The translations under genes were made by a program, and so were the position numbers. From Schmidtea nova (lineage: Eukaryota), in assembly GCA_044892505.1 (NCBI GenBank), contig CM097882.1:247752001-247816000 (forward strand): a DNA stretch of 64,000 nucleotides, in the 5' to 3' direction. A model generated the notes under the pieces. It ran no database searches. It had not been told where the DNA came from and worked only from the letters and a program-made list of their open reading frames with translations. The stretch's first letter is position 1; every line of letters starts with the position of its first letter. Below, one piece after another: positions 52,501 to 60,690 of the stretch.

Positions 52501-55500
52501 TTATTATTCACATACAAGTGTAGCTTGATATCCATTGTGTCGATCTTGGGTTTCGCATTCGGTACTTCTTGCTTTGACACATATATTCCTGGATAGTTTG
52601 TTTCGTATACTGTTGTACTGCACTTAAGGGTTGCTTTCCCTTTTATGAATCTCATGCCCACATCCTGATTTGTGGTTATCAACACTGTTGGTGTGGTTCT
52701 CATCTCTATCCGTTTTTCTCTATGATCGGGTTTCAATTGTCTTTTATTCTCTAAAGCTTCTTTGAGATGTTTTGCTCTAGCTTTGTCGTCATCGTCTTCT
52801 TCTTGGAACGTTTTGCCTTGAATTTCGTCAAACTTTGCTCCTTGTAGCAGTTGTAATTGACATTCGTTCACTTTTGGTTTATACACCAAAGTTGACATTC
52901 CCGTTTGACACATGCTTCTGTCAATTTTACACATGGATAACGTTTTCATTTCTCCTGTTGTTGGTTCGAAGAATGCTTCGTAGCTTTTCAGTTCGACTAT
53001 ATACGTATCCATTACCACTAAGTTGGTTGCAGGTACTCCAAATATTGGGTAGGTTTCTCCTTGACAATATCCTTCTCCTCCCGTAATTCGTCCTGCTACG
53101 TAATATGTCTGCTGTAACATCATTCCTGGCTTTCCTCTTATCTTGATTTTATCTCTCGTTGTCACTTCTCCATGTTTAAACAATGCTTCGCAGTCTTCTC
53201 CCTGTAACACGATTGGTTCTCTTTCTGTTCCTGGCATGACAATTGCTGAGTAATGTCCTCTACCGCAATAGAATGCGAATCTCGTCTTCTGTACCTTGCA
53301 TTCATTCACCATTGTCTTTATTAGTTCTGCCTCTTGATATACGTGGTACCATTGTTCCTTTTTTATCTCTTTTAACTCTACGGGAGTTGCATCTTTGCAC
53401 TGCTCCGTACCTCTCAATGAGTACTTCTCTCCCAACTTCATTTGATCACAGTCAAATACTTCAAATGTTGTTACACCTTCTGTGCTTAACAACCAAACTA
53501 GCATCATCATGATTATCGAGTTTAGATTCAACGTCGATCTTCCGTTTCCTTGCATCGTTTGTCTATTCTCCATTTCTCTCAATACTCCTTCGAGTTTCTT
53601 TCTCATCACGTTAGAACCTTCTTTTGTCTGGTTCTCTTTTATGAACTTTTCCCATCCTCCTTTTCTGAGGATATATGGTTCAATTTCCTTCTCGATAATC
53701 ATCGCCGTATTTTTAATATGTCTTCCCATCGGACTTGACTTCGGACTTCCTCGGCTTAGCGTTAGCAAATTGTATATCGTATACGAGATTGCTACTAGAT
53801 ATTTGCTATCCGTCTCTGCTCCGTTAAGTAGCCTTTTTATCAACATCGTGGTTCCTTGCCAATCTAGATGATTCGATTTTGTTTTTGCCTTTATCAATTC
53901 TGGCATAATCGGTGCTATTGCATTGTGTAGCATTCTTGCCTTTGTACTGGGTTCGTTTATCCGCCACAAATTCTTTAATTCTGGGTCAATTATCGCTAAC
54001 ACATCCATTATCGTTTTGGTGAGCCATTCTTCTCCTTGACAAACTTGATTCTCCTCTTTTCCTCTGATCTCTGCGATTTTATCCAATTTCTTCAAGCAAA
54101 TCTCCCATTGCTCTTGTCTCCTTTCTTCCCTTGTCTTTGGGATTGCTGTTGCTGGATCTATCTTTGGTCTTCCTCTTGGTCGTTTTTCCATTCCAGTTCC
54201 TGTTTCTACAAATCTCGATGTTCTTCCGGTTTCTTCCGTAACATCTCTTCCTTCGTTTGCTCGTTGTTCTAACCATCTTTCCATTTCTTGAGTAAACTGT
54301 GGTTGTTCTTGCTCGTCTTCCGAATCGCTTACCATTTCTATGACTACCTCCTGTTCCACTCCTTGATCGTCGATTTCTGCTGGTGACGTTATTGGCATCT
54401 CTATTATTCTGTCGAAAATATTCGCCGTTGGTTTTTGAGTCAACTTCGTTAGTTCTTCTATCGCCTCATCACTATCTGTTAGTATCTCATCCACGTCATA
54501 CGCTTCTGGTGGTGTTCTCTCTCTCGTTTTTATTGGTGTTGTCCTTGCTTGTCCCGAACTTGTTCCTGGGGTCATTGTTGACTTCATCGGACTTGGTGTA
54601 CTCATGCTCCCTTTCGTTTTCTTTTCCTCTTTAAACTTCAGTGGTTGACCCACTATCTGTGCCACTGTTAGCGTATTCATTAGATCCAATTGCACTGGTG
54701 TCAGCCAGATTTCCAAATTATTATCCAACGATCGTCCTTGATGTTGCAGGTGGAATGGTAGTTCGTACATCAGTTTCTCTTTAACACTCTTCACTTTTTC
54801 TGTTAGCATCACCCAAAACTCTTCTTTTCTCTGATTCGGATACATTATCCTCAAATGTATTTTCTGTGGCGTTTCCTCCGCAAACTCTTTGTTTCTCCAC
54901 TTTTTTATTACATCGTCTAGTTGCTCTGGACACCACTCGTTAACTCTCTTGTATTCTGCTATCGCTTTAGCTACTTTTCTCAAGTTTGTCATGTCTTCTC
55001 CATTTGAGATTATGAATTGTGCTAAGCCTTTTATTGTTTGTCTTTTTCCCCGAGTATTCCCTCTCAACAGTTCGATCAATTCACTCGTTTTCTGTTTCTC
55101 CAATTCTGCCCATATTACTGCAGTTTCTGGTCCGTCTAAGTCCGTTGGTAATAACTTCCTTGTTACCATACATATCCGTTTCGTATTCCGTTCATATCTG
55201 TCTTCTCCTTCCGGATCTTCTTCATACACGCCTCTTTTCACTTTCCAACATTTCTCTTTGTTATCCCATTGTTTCTCTACTGGCGTCAATCGTCGTCTGT
55301 TAAGATCCACTTCTCCTAATATTGTCTCCCATTCTGGCTTCATCTGCCAGTTCCGATAGATTTCTACTATTTGTCTCAACTTACGCATAACGTCCTCTTG
55401 TCGTTTCTTTCTCCTTTCTTCATCCCTTGGTGTTGCTCTTTGCACATCATCCATTCTGATGACATGTATTGTCTGATAATTATCCCATATGCCGATTTTG

Positions 55501-58412
55501 TACGCTCGTCTTTCGTCACGTTCGTTCAGTAGATGTTCCTTGTATTTTATCGCAATGTCATCCTCGAATTCATCTTCCCGTTCTCGTTGTAATATCGTCT
55601 CATTGATGACATCTACTATTTCTCCCACTTTACTATCTGGTATTACCTCAATTTGTTTTGTCTCTTCGTTTGGTAATCTCACGGTAATCTTCAGATCTGA
55701 TACCTCTCCTCGTTTAAACATTTCTTTTCCCATCTTGGCAATTAGCTTGTCCGTCTTGAAATTTGAATGTCTCGTTTGACTTGTATCTCGTATGTTCTCG
55801 ATACACTGTTTCAAATTCTCATACTCGTTTTTCGTCAATTCCTTTCGATGTTTCTTGATTTGTTGGATGATCTGTTCTATCATCGTATTCAAATTCTCCG
55901 TCAAGATTCTTTCCTTTGCCTCTACCAACTGAGGTTTTATTCTCATCTCATAACACGTATTTGCTTCTTTGACGATTCCCTGTAAGTTCTCTTCCTTCTT
56001 GGTGTTGCATATTGATAACGTCGTTATTTCTCCTGGCCATATGCCTGTGTCTATCATATGCGTTCCTTTTCTCACCAATCCGTTTCCCGAATATATGAAC
56101 TTGTCTTTGTACGAGCTTCCCAATCTGTCCTCAACCCATCGATAAATTCCGTCTGTCATTGGGTTCCTTATCCAGATTCTCGGTGAGCACTCGTTTATCC
56201 ATATGTGTATTACGTATTCGTTCAGTGGTTCTTTCAATAACTTCTCTATGAATTCTTGTATTACCCTCACTTCTCTTTCTTGTAACCACTCTTTATACTT
56301 CGTCTGCCATACTGCTCGTATAAACTTTCGGTATCGTTTCGTGTCGATAAACTCCTCGTTATGGATTACTTCCAACGCATTATCCATCAGCTTCTGGATT
56401 TCATCTTCCTTTACTAATGCTGTTTCTATTGTCTTGACCACTTCCATCTTTTTATCCTCGTTTTCCGGTTCCTTTAGCATGTCTCCTGCCAGACTGCTAA
56501 CTTCGCTGTCGTCTTCTTCCTCTGACAACTCTTGTCTTGGGTGTCTCAGCATCCCAATATGTGCGGTTGGTCTCGCTTCGTTTTTGCTAACTTCTTGTAT
56601 TAGTTCATTCTCGTTTCCTGTTACTTCAGCTTTTCCCATTCTTTTCTCCAACTCATCTATTTCTTCCAACCGTCTTCGTCTTATTTTTCCTTTGAATATT
56701 CGACTGATCCGAGTTTGATGTTTCACTGGTGGTGGGATTTTCTCCGGTTCCACCTCTCTGATGATCATCACGTTTATTTTCGTCTCCGTTACTCCCATAT
56801 CTTCCCATATATCAGTCATCTTTAACTTCACTTCCGGTAAATCCTCTGTTTGTAGGAATGCTTCTCTGGGCAGTTTCGTCACTCCCGGAATCATCTCATT
56901 TACTTTATTGAACAATCTTCCCACTTCTTCTTTTACATCGTATTTGAATCGCCACACGTGATCATTCGGCATGATCACCAACATCCCTCTTTGTTTGATT
57001 CTTACTTCCTCTTCTTGATTCGCTTCTTTTTCTATTTCTTCAACTTTTTGATCCTGCTCTGCGGCTTCTACTTCCTGATTCACTTCTCCTTGTTTCTGCT
57101 CTTCGTTTCTTTTCTCTTTAATTTCTAACTCGTCTGACTCATCTTGCTGCTTCTCTTCCATCGTTGCTCGCATCATGTTGATCCTTGGATTTCCCTTTTT
57201 TAACTGTTGTAATCGTTGTTGCCTGACTTGTTCTTCTTCTCGTCGTACTCTAGCCCATTCTTGATTATGTTTCTGTTGACTCTCTCTGTTTTCTCTTTCG
57301 GCCTCAGCTTCTATTAACTGGATCATGTTTATCTTTGGTTGAGCAGCTTGTTGGCTTCCCTTTGCCATGCTTTCGATTATCTCGTGTAATCTGGATACCT
57401 CCTGTCTCAACTTAGCTTCTTTCATACTAGCTTCGTTTGCACTGCTGTTTGGGTTGTTCCGTTGTTGGCCTTGATTCCCATAGCTTGGTCGATTCCCGTA
57501 ATTCGGTCTATTTCCACTGTTTGACCAACTTCTCTGTTGATTACAGTCTCTTGACATGTGTCCGGTTTTTCCACATGTGTAACACGTTTTCCCATAACAT
57601 CGATTTTCTGAGTGACCTTTTTGTCCACACAGTTTACAGGCTACATTCTGAAAACAGTCTTGTTGCCAATGTCCGTTTTTCCCACACGTCTGACATTGCC
57701 TATTCTGCCTGTCATTGTAACTATTTCCTCCATTCGTGTTCACCGTGATATATCCGTTATTCTTCCTCGCTGGCGGTTCTTTGAACAATCTCTGCGAATG
57801 GGGAATACTTTGATTCATGTTTCTTTTTCCTTGTTCTTCATCTTCTGTCGTTTTTCCCATTACCGCCGTAATTCTCATGTCGTTCATTTCCATATGCAAT
57901 TCGAATAGGTTGGCTGCTTCCAACGCTTCATCTACTGTTTTACATCCTTTGCATCCCACTTGTGCTCTGATGTCAGGTCTCCTGAGACCTCGTACGAATA
58001 ACGCTGTCATCAATTCTTCGTCTACTGGGCTTCCTCTATTGAATGCCAGTTTCGCCAACTTCCTTAATTCGCTTGCGTACACCGCATTTGACTCGTTTCT
58101 CCTCTGTTTTCTTGCTGAGAACTCATCGAACGCTTCATTCAGCACCTTGTTTATCCCAAACGTCTGTTGGAAGAACTCCTTGATTGCTTCCCACGTTCTG
58201 GGTGGATTACTTCCCGATCTCTTTTCAATATACAGATCCAATGCGCTATCTTTTAAGTATAGCGGGATTCGATTTGCTAACGTTTCTGCACTCCATCCGC
58301 ATATATCTACGAATATGCCAAATTCCTTCAGAAACGTATCCAATCTACTGGCGTCTCCATTGAATGGTTCGCCCTTGAATTTTTCTCTTAGATCCTCTCT
58401 GTGATCACTCAT
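43545..58412 (-). CDS. 4955-aa polyprotein: Gag, Ubl-like, Bcl-2-like, class III glycoprotein, PR, RT, RNase H, IN, ankyrins, FN3-like repeats, TM
   Basis: Single open frame. Gag MHR-like QRRNESNAVYASELRKL; 3 CCHC knuckles (~57690-57545); DTG (51086); YIDD (~49870); TDAS...EREAYA; HHCC, D-D-E and GPY integrase; TALH/TPL ankyrins. Confidence 0.97.
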   Translation of the reverse strand: MSDHREDLREKFKGEPFNGDASRLDTFLKEFGIFVDICGWSAETLANRIPLYLKDSALDLYIEKRSGSNPPRTWEAIKEFFQQTFGINKVLNEAFDEFSARKQRRNESNAVYASELRKLAKLAFNRGSPVDEELMTALFVRGLRRPDIRAQVGCKGCKTVDEALEAANLFELHMEMNDMRITAVMGKTTEDEEQGKRNMNQSIPHSQRLFKEPPARKNNGYITVNTNGGNSYNDRQNRQCQTCGKNGHWQQDCFQNVACKLCGQKGHSENRCYGKTCYTCGKTGHMSRDCNQQRSWSNSGNRPNYGNRPSYGNQGQQRNNPNSSANEASMKEAKLRQEVSRLHEIIESMAKGSQQAAQPKINMIQLIEAEAERENRESQQKHNQEWARVRREEEQVRQQRLQQLKKGNPRINMMRATMEEKQQDESDELEIKEKRNEEQKQGEVNQEVEAAEQDQKVEEIEKEANQEEEVRIKQRGMLVIMPNDHVWRFKYDVKEEVGRLFNKVNEMIPGVTKLPREAFLQTEDLPEVKLKMTDIWEDMGVTETKINVMIIREVEPEKIPPPVKHQTRISRIFKGKIRRRRLEEIDELEKRMGKAEVTGNENELIQEVSKNEARPTAHIGMLRHPRQELSEEEDDSEVSSLAGDMLKEPENEDKKMEVVKTIETALVKEDEIQKLMDNALEVIHNEEFIDTKRYRKFIRAVWQTKYKEWLQEREVRVIQEFIEKLLKEPLNEYVIHIWINECSPRIWIRNPMTDGIYRWVEDRLGSSYKDKFIYSGNGLVRKGTHMIDTGIWPGEITTLSICNTKKEENLQGIVKEANTCYEMRIKPQLVEAKERILTENLNTMIEQIIQQIKKHRKELTKNEYENLKQCIENIRDTSQTRHSNFKTDKLIAKMGKEMFKRGEVSDLKITVRLPNEETKQIEVIPDSKVGEIVDVINETILQREREDEFEDDIAIKYKEHLLNERDERRAYKIGIWDNYQTIHVIRMDDVQRATPRDEERRKKRQEDVMRKLRQIVEIYRNWQMKPEWETILGEVDLNRRRLTPVEKQWDNKEKCWKVKRGVYEEDPEGEDRYERNTKRICMVTRKLLPTDLDGPETAVIWAELEKQKTSELIELLRGNTRGKRQTIKGLAQFIISNGEDMTNLRKVAKAIAEYKRVNEWCPEQLDDVIKKWRNKEFAEETPQKIHLRIMYPNQRKEEFWVMLTEKVKSVKEKLMYELPFHLQHQGRSLDNNLEIWLTPVQLDLMNTLTVAQIVGQPLKFKEEKKTKGSMSTPSPMKSTMTPGTSSGQARTTPIKTRERTPPEAYDVDEILTDSDEAIEELTKLTQKPTANIFDRIIEMPITSPAEIDDQGVEQEVVIEMVSDSEDEQEQPQFTQEMERWLEQRANEGRDVTEETGRTSRFVETGTGMEKRPRGRPKIDPATAIPKTREERRQEQWEICLKKLDKIAEIRGKEENQVCQGEEWLTKTIMDVLAIIDPELKNLWRINEPSTKARMLHNAIAPIMPELIKAKTKSNHLDWQGTTMLIKRLLNGAETDSKYLVAISYTIYNLLTLSRGSPKSSPMGRHIKNTAMIIEKEIEPYILRKGGWEKFIKENQTKEGSNVMRKKLEGVLREMENRQTMQGNGRSTLNLNSIIMMMLVWLLSTEGVTTFEVFDCDQMKLGEKYSLRGTEQCKDATPVELKEIKKEQWYHVYQEAELIKTMVNECKVQKTRFAFYCGRGHYSAIVMPGTEREPIVLQGEDCEALFKHGEVTTRDKIKIRGKPGMMLQQTYYVAGRITGGEGYCQGETYPIFGVPATNLVVMDTYIVELKSYEAFFEPTTGEMKTLSMCKIDRSMCQTGMSTLVYKPKVNECQLQLLQGAKFDEIQGKTFQEEDDDDKARAKHLKEALENKRQLKPDHREKRIEMRTTPTVLITTNQDVGMRFIKGKATLKCSTTVYETNYPGIYVSKQEVPNAKPKIDTMDIKLHLYVNNKMDFLFHRGQASLQKVYYDLINNDCILNREILKTKLAVAITNPDSAMPLLPLREGHFGRVVGEAMYVYICEKTHASLAATTQLKPGQCTNELEIDYKGKVRYVQPVTRIINPPSFEPNPFNCSNAYGPLYQKPDGKWVMFPGRTEVLAPREFELMQLSKDRQFSDVDVSNNGIYSPKDLEAARQNILFPARREALLSNIVTITGGTNYREGPNYELLLSPAHFKKATENMMKAMWGRFLIFGQMMAGILGVILIIQIVRVIITQMLACFDIYKREKKVNWKMVVGFLPFLAKTMVLHGHSKDIHRIKRLLKILAKMRGTNEDVGRKFKKIMQDEQARRQLKKERKGLWERVRGYRTQDDSSNDDDDDDDQGGQANINQIPQYNEKSAVENWRYSAPPQSMYNEPIYKAKPNMMQMMPMTSIYPIIPEGCKVKRGGSVNSLEDTHTIAVMSTNMGPILTTTVEINGREIEAMIDTGANISAIDINYIPEKNQGEIEKTNVHVIACSQETVEVAGRWFVKIKHRGAEINTYIAVIPSLSVPCIIGTDLMPDLFKEIVIDLGAMKLKDRTGKICRMKVKVASAEQIVVPARHEMMCYVKIDSTIKGDMIFEPSKKFEAKKELPMARELVTINQEGEIPINLVNFDEEDKIIYENERLGKLTPMSEIEIPDKNEKSKDELPWKIDSVLLDERQKEQLQKLLMEYKDIFAASDLDLGTCDVTLHTIPLTDETPIALRPYKLAEAQKAVAEEEVQKMLDAEVIEPSCSPWQFPVVMVKKKDGTQRFCIDYRRLNAVTKRDTYPLPDINEMLLTLQGAAYFTSLDLKSGYWQIKMKDEDKEKTAFTIGRDLYQFKKMPFGLTNAPASFQRCMNFVTHGIKQCMVYIDDLLIYSATFEGHLQDIRNVFVKLRQWKLKLKPSKCDWAKEKVTFLGHIVSAKGKEPDPRNIEKVKECPPPKTVTQIQEFLGLCGYYRKFIKDYAGISKPMQELVRQDVSFVWGEEQQAAFETLRDKLITAPILVHPDFKKPFLLATDASGYAAGAVLGQFDEEGKERVIGYYSRTFRKHEKNYSVTEREAYAIILAIKHFKYLLWGHEIYITTDHQPLVWLGQHKESSSRLMRWAMQLQEYSPFIKFKAGKANANADCMSRFTFPELVNLNALKICALIAEDLDFNELRKDQLEDEELGMISKYLKERETEIFGKNQTLREHMQKYQHRYVMEKGWLLIQDGERRLMCLPANRRKEIMTQYHDGKLGGHMSAKKTSGRLRQKYFWPTMEDDVKEWIKNCLTCATRKNVGTKWKTPLKPMPIPAEPMATIAMDVVGPLPESLKGNQYILVVTDYLTKFPEAFAIPDQKAKTVARILVEEICCRYGTPKKILTDQGTNFMSEILDEVTNYFRIAKLRTSPYHPQTNGQTERFNGTLIRMLSNYVSKHQTDWDEYINLCLMAYRMSIHAATKLSPFQLMYGRDCNLPIDLEYQPPLSQYMEVDDYVTKFKERMQEIWKTAELNIKFYQESYKDLHDQKKNVKAPDLKVGDWVIIETPEIIPGTVKKLQRPGKGPYEITTVNENNVRVRLVNNPLVRPIYVNACRCRKVPKTATLLPEKRVMTRSQTARINMLRVQQKPQTSLEDNRREAIDIKELAKKTREIIPEWKWWLDFNILTEVRKNVMEYAKDRTAHPITRTLLEVIPQTLNLQDKDGNTALHNAIKHGGNEKVKEIVEMILEGGGEIDKVNWEGITPLMMMTIHGRNDEIVKLFGNTRSNWMTKDKEGRTFLNHAIDRANHRILKYITENATWEIDELTRGSIMKQAIRVKNSKTWRILLKWKRPERDSWVVDCNEVFIRGENALLKHLVEVTYDPKTLAVLIARDTLRVSENPREYKLEDRKKELFGLIKKWCDKQWNPDMSFEHFYDIQKQHKEISKRYKELVETLKYGQFFRQAVYQDQRMKQMQTRIRSKAVLFNAKAEYQERLDAIVAKAQEKLSEFKENKNSLEILGAITERVHRYAQGDYNEIDIETIKNQMPVAFLLSKDGRLPIHWALRRKKENEVLEITKAMVKCEADMNTVDDNGDTIMIIAARKKTKLKVLNELYEAGAKIEGKNGKNNSIIDIAIQWNNFEMIKFIKSIKKQDDIEYLANNVKNFSLTVMIHDIEKTRALLTWVNPVTKEPAFKINDHMEQNQNWCIRSALLRHKKPEIVEEFLKRRDLKLTNNPKEQERMGRWKDLFRKYVNEWAKAKETIKQSRLENIEPSKEMEIREFESSTLAVQAYERLIKEINVEDDIFKGPGGGYRDFDDKSNNEKNKEDNDNKRTEDDEKERQEEPKPTRNDKKREAEERENSGTKDECANHGKRTGSLLLRPEMLCIAILITIIGQGEAKKQYVTLEIIRGNEVYERICWKENLKKNDTLKCILSDLKRDVIQIKGLEKEKSYIICAIKQRGEPKAPQVTACQLYKATEALKIQKWIEKRSEETTRRTEVEPEKGKNQTEAEEGIRNRTEKERITKNSAGKLTFQPELICVALILILIKRIMEDIDISVMTLVNIQDQRTTNGRCWGRNNEVIGISETRESREAETNEEIEITEMETDRKCELCLMGKAANGNRPGTSECKVFQAKEIIEFPKRKKQDQETIANEVVTVEIKNIGRRTIGMCWRKYIGVSTNNIIPQCRTRERGIPFQLNGFEVGQTYEICVIRRIREIILRSLECKLYKTPEQINGTRTIEMGGSRQRKRKSKRTTTTNSQGTQQATTESTTIEHESESTTLIIWKIHKKVLEICWTLMPNSMGKSPRRCQKTADDKGEIIEVEMRKLKTNAEYEVCAIEEVDTQGNPQERCETYYTPIKRRIRKLEFRELSQKREQNEKEETIPNRQERWEPEKVIEEVRRRQQQYEQWEAEWKGQYGVMINQSETPRMNIGKTIMGLISMGVFIACIPLITIMIVCWRYGMRNKTIAVKWPDVKVTNYNIKLPKEVREELKRRSKHEEMWVQIEDEELYEGKPVIVV

Positions 58413-59279
58413 CCCGATTCCACTATCTTGGAATACTGTACTAGTTTTCTTTGCTTCTAGTTCACCACTTGTTTCTGGATTCGACTCTTCTTCTTCACTA
58501 CTCTCTGTTTCGTTATCTCTTGATTCGCTTCTTGTTCTGTTTTCCCTGACTAGTTCACTGTCTATCGTCTCTACTTCGTTTCGTACTTCTAGATCTTCTG
58601 GGGTTTCTTCTTGGTTCTCTTTATTACTCGAATTATCGCTGATCTCTACTTGTTTGTTCTTTTGTTGCTTAGGCTTGTTACCTGTTCTTGTCCTTTTTGC
58701 TGCTTTTCTTTCTGCTTCCGTTAAGATTGGTATTATACCTGATCTTGTTTCTCGTCCCTCAATTTTGTCTATTCCTCAACTTCTTATATTCTCAATTGAT
58801 TTTCTACTCCGCTTTTGCTTTGCTTCTTCTATGCTTTGTTTCCTTTGATTGCTCTGACTGCTAGATTGCTTTGAATTGCTTGATTGATTTGTTTCCTTAA
58901 AACAAATAATCACTTACACGATACGTCCCCGTTATCGTGTTTCTCGTCCCTCTCACGGGTGTAGTCATAATTCATGAAGATCCCCATTTTTCCCATTTCC
59001 CTTGATTTTAAGTCTATTTAAATTATCTATGCAGTCGCATCAATTATCTATTCTTTATCAAATACACCAATTACTTTTCCCCAGTTTCCCAATTACTTTG
59101 TCGCTCAGCGCTCTTATTATCCCCTTTACTTTTCTCAGGCTTCTCTGGCTCTGAGTTCAAATTTCCCCTTATCTGTCGACTACTCTGTTTCTCGACTACT
59201 CACTTTATCTCCTATTCACACTACGTTTACTACTTCATTTCAATTCTCATCTCTACTCACCTTTAATTCAACTGACATT

Positions 59280-59760
59280 TCTCATTGGCCTGCTGGGTTT
59301 TCCAGTCAGCGCCTTTAATCTCACCTTTTATCTCGAACTCTGTTTCTCTCCATTTCACTCATTATCTCATTAGCCTGCTGGGTTTTCCAGTCAGCGCTTT
59401 TAATCTCTCCCTTTTACTGTTATCTCTTTATTCTCGACCACGACTGTCGTTTCATTAGCCTGCTGGGTTTTCCAGTCAGCGCTCTTATTATCCTCCATTT
59501 ATCTCTTTACTGTCGACTTTTAACTGCTCTTTACTCCGATGATCATCACTTTTGACCTGCTGGGTCTTCCAGTCAGCGTCCTCAATTTCACCACTTTATT
59601 GTTACTCCCTTTTATTCTCTCGATCTTTCCTGATCGTTTCCATTGACCTGCTGGGTTTTTCCAGCTAGCGTCTTTACCCCTTTACCTGTCTTAACAAACC
59701 GGTTTCTTTTTATTCCCCTCGAATCTCATGGTCTGCTGGGTTTTCCAGTCAGCACCCTCC
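59280..59760. repeat. Six spaced copies of CTGCTGGGTTTTCCAGTCAGC in the 5' leader
   Basis: Copies at ~59290, 59375, 59459, 59557, 59648 and 59733, spacing ~85-100 bp, with variable spacers. Confidence 0.85.
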
Positions 59761-60072
59761 ACTTACTCACTTTACTTTACTACTCCTCTTTGTATGCATA
59801 CTTTAACATCATTAGGCCACATAATCAGCTTTACTCGCATTTATCAATACCCAGGTGCGCACCTTCAACTCTCACATTATTACCTCGGTTTCTTTCAACC
59901 CTTATTCCTCATTATTCGCTATTCATTTTCACTATTCATCATTTATCCTCATTATCATTTATTCATCGCTTATTAATCTTCATTATCCGGATAGTTTTAT
60001 ACTTTATTTAGTCCTCATCTGCCTCACTTCGTCGTCTTTCTCGTGGGCTTTTACTCAATATTTTATTTCGAA

Positions 60073-60623
60073 CGAGAACTATGCTCACTGCTGAGAACTA
60101 TGCTCACTAACGAGAACTATGCTCAATGACGAGAACTATGCTCAATGACGAGAACTATGCTCACTGACGAGAACTATGCTCACTGACGAGAACTATGCTC
60201 ACTGACGAGAACTATGCTCAATGACGAGAACTATGCTCACTAACGAGAACTATGCTCACTGACGAGAACTATGCTCAATGACGAGAACTATGCTCACTAA
60301 CGAGAACTATGCTCACTGGCAAAACATGGTTGTTATGAGGGTTTTGCTTACTGATGGAAACTCTTTGCCCTGGGGACTATGTTCCCCGATGAGAACTACG
60401 CTCACTGATGGTGACTACAGGAATTATGTTTCCTGATGAGAACTACGCTCACTACGATGGCTATGTTTATTGATGAGAACTACGCTCACTGATGAGGACT
60501 ATGTTCGCTGGTCTTGTGTTTATTAATGAGAACTCTGCTCACTACGAGAACTATGCTCACTACGAGAACTATGCTCACTATGATGTTGTGTTTTTATGAC
60601 GAGACCTATGCTCACTAGGATGT

Positions 60624-60656
<33 letters not shown>

Positions 60657-60690
60657 GAGACCTATGCTCACTATGAGACCTATGCTCACG
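60073..60690. repeat. 19-bp tandem array (CGAGAACTATGCTCACTGA), ~13 copies to 60319, then degenerate copies
   Basis: Directly visible tandem repeat without spacers. Confidence 0.92.

Noticed and set aside
60073-60690. CRISPR-like array
   Set aside because: Units are contiguous 19-mers without unique spacers, the context is eukaryotic, and there are no cas genes.
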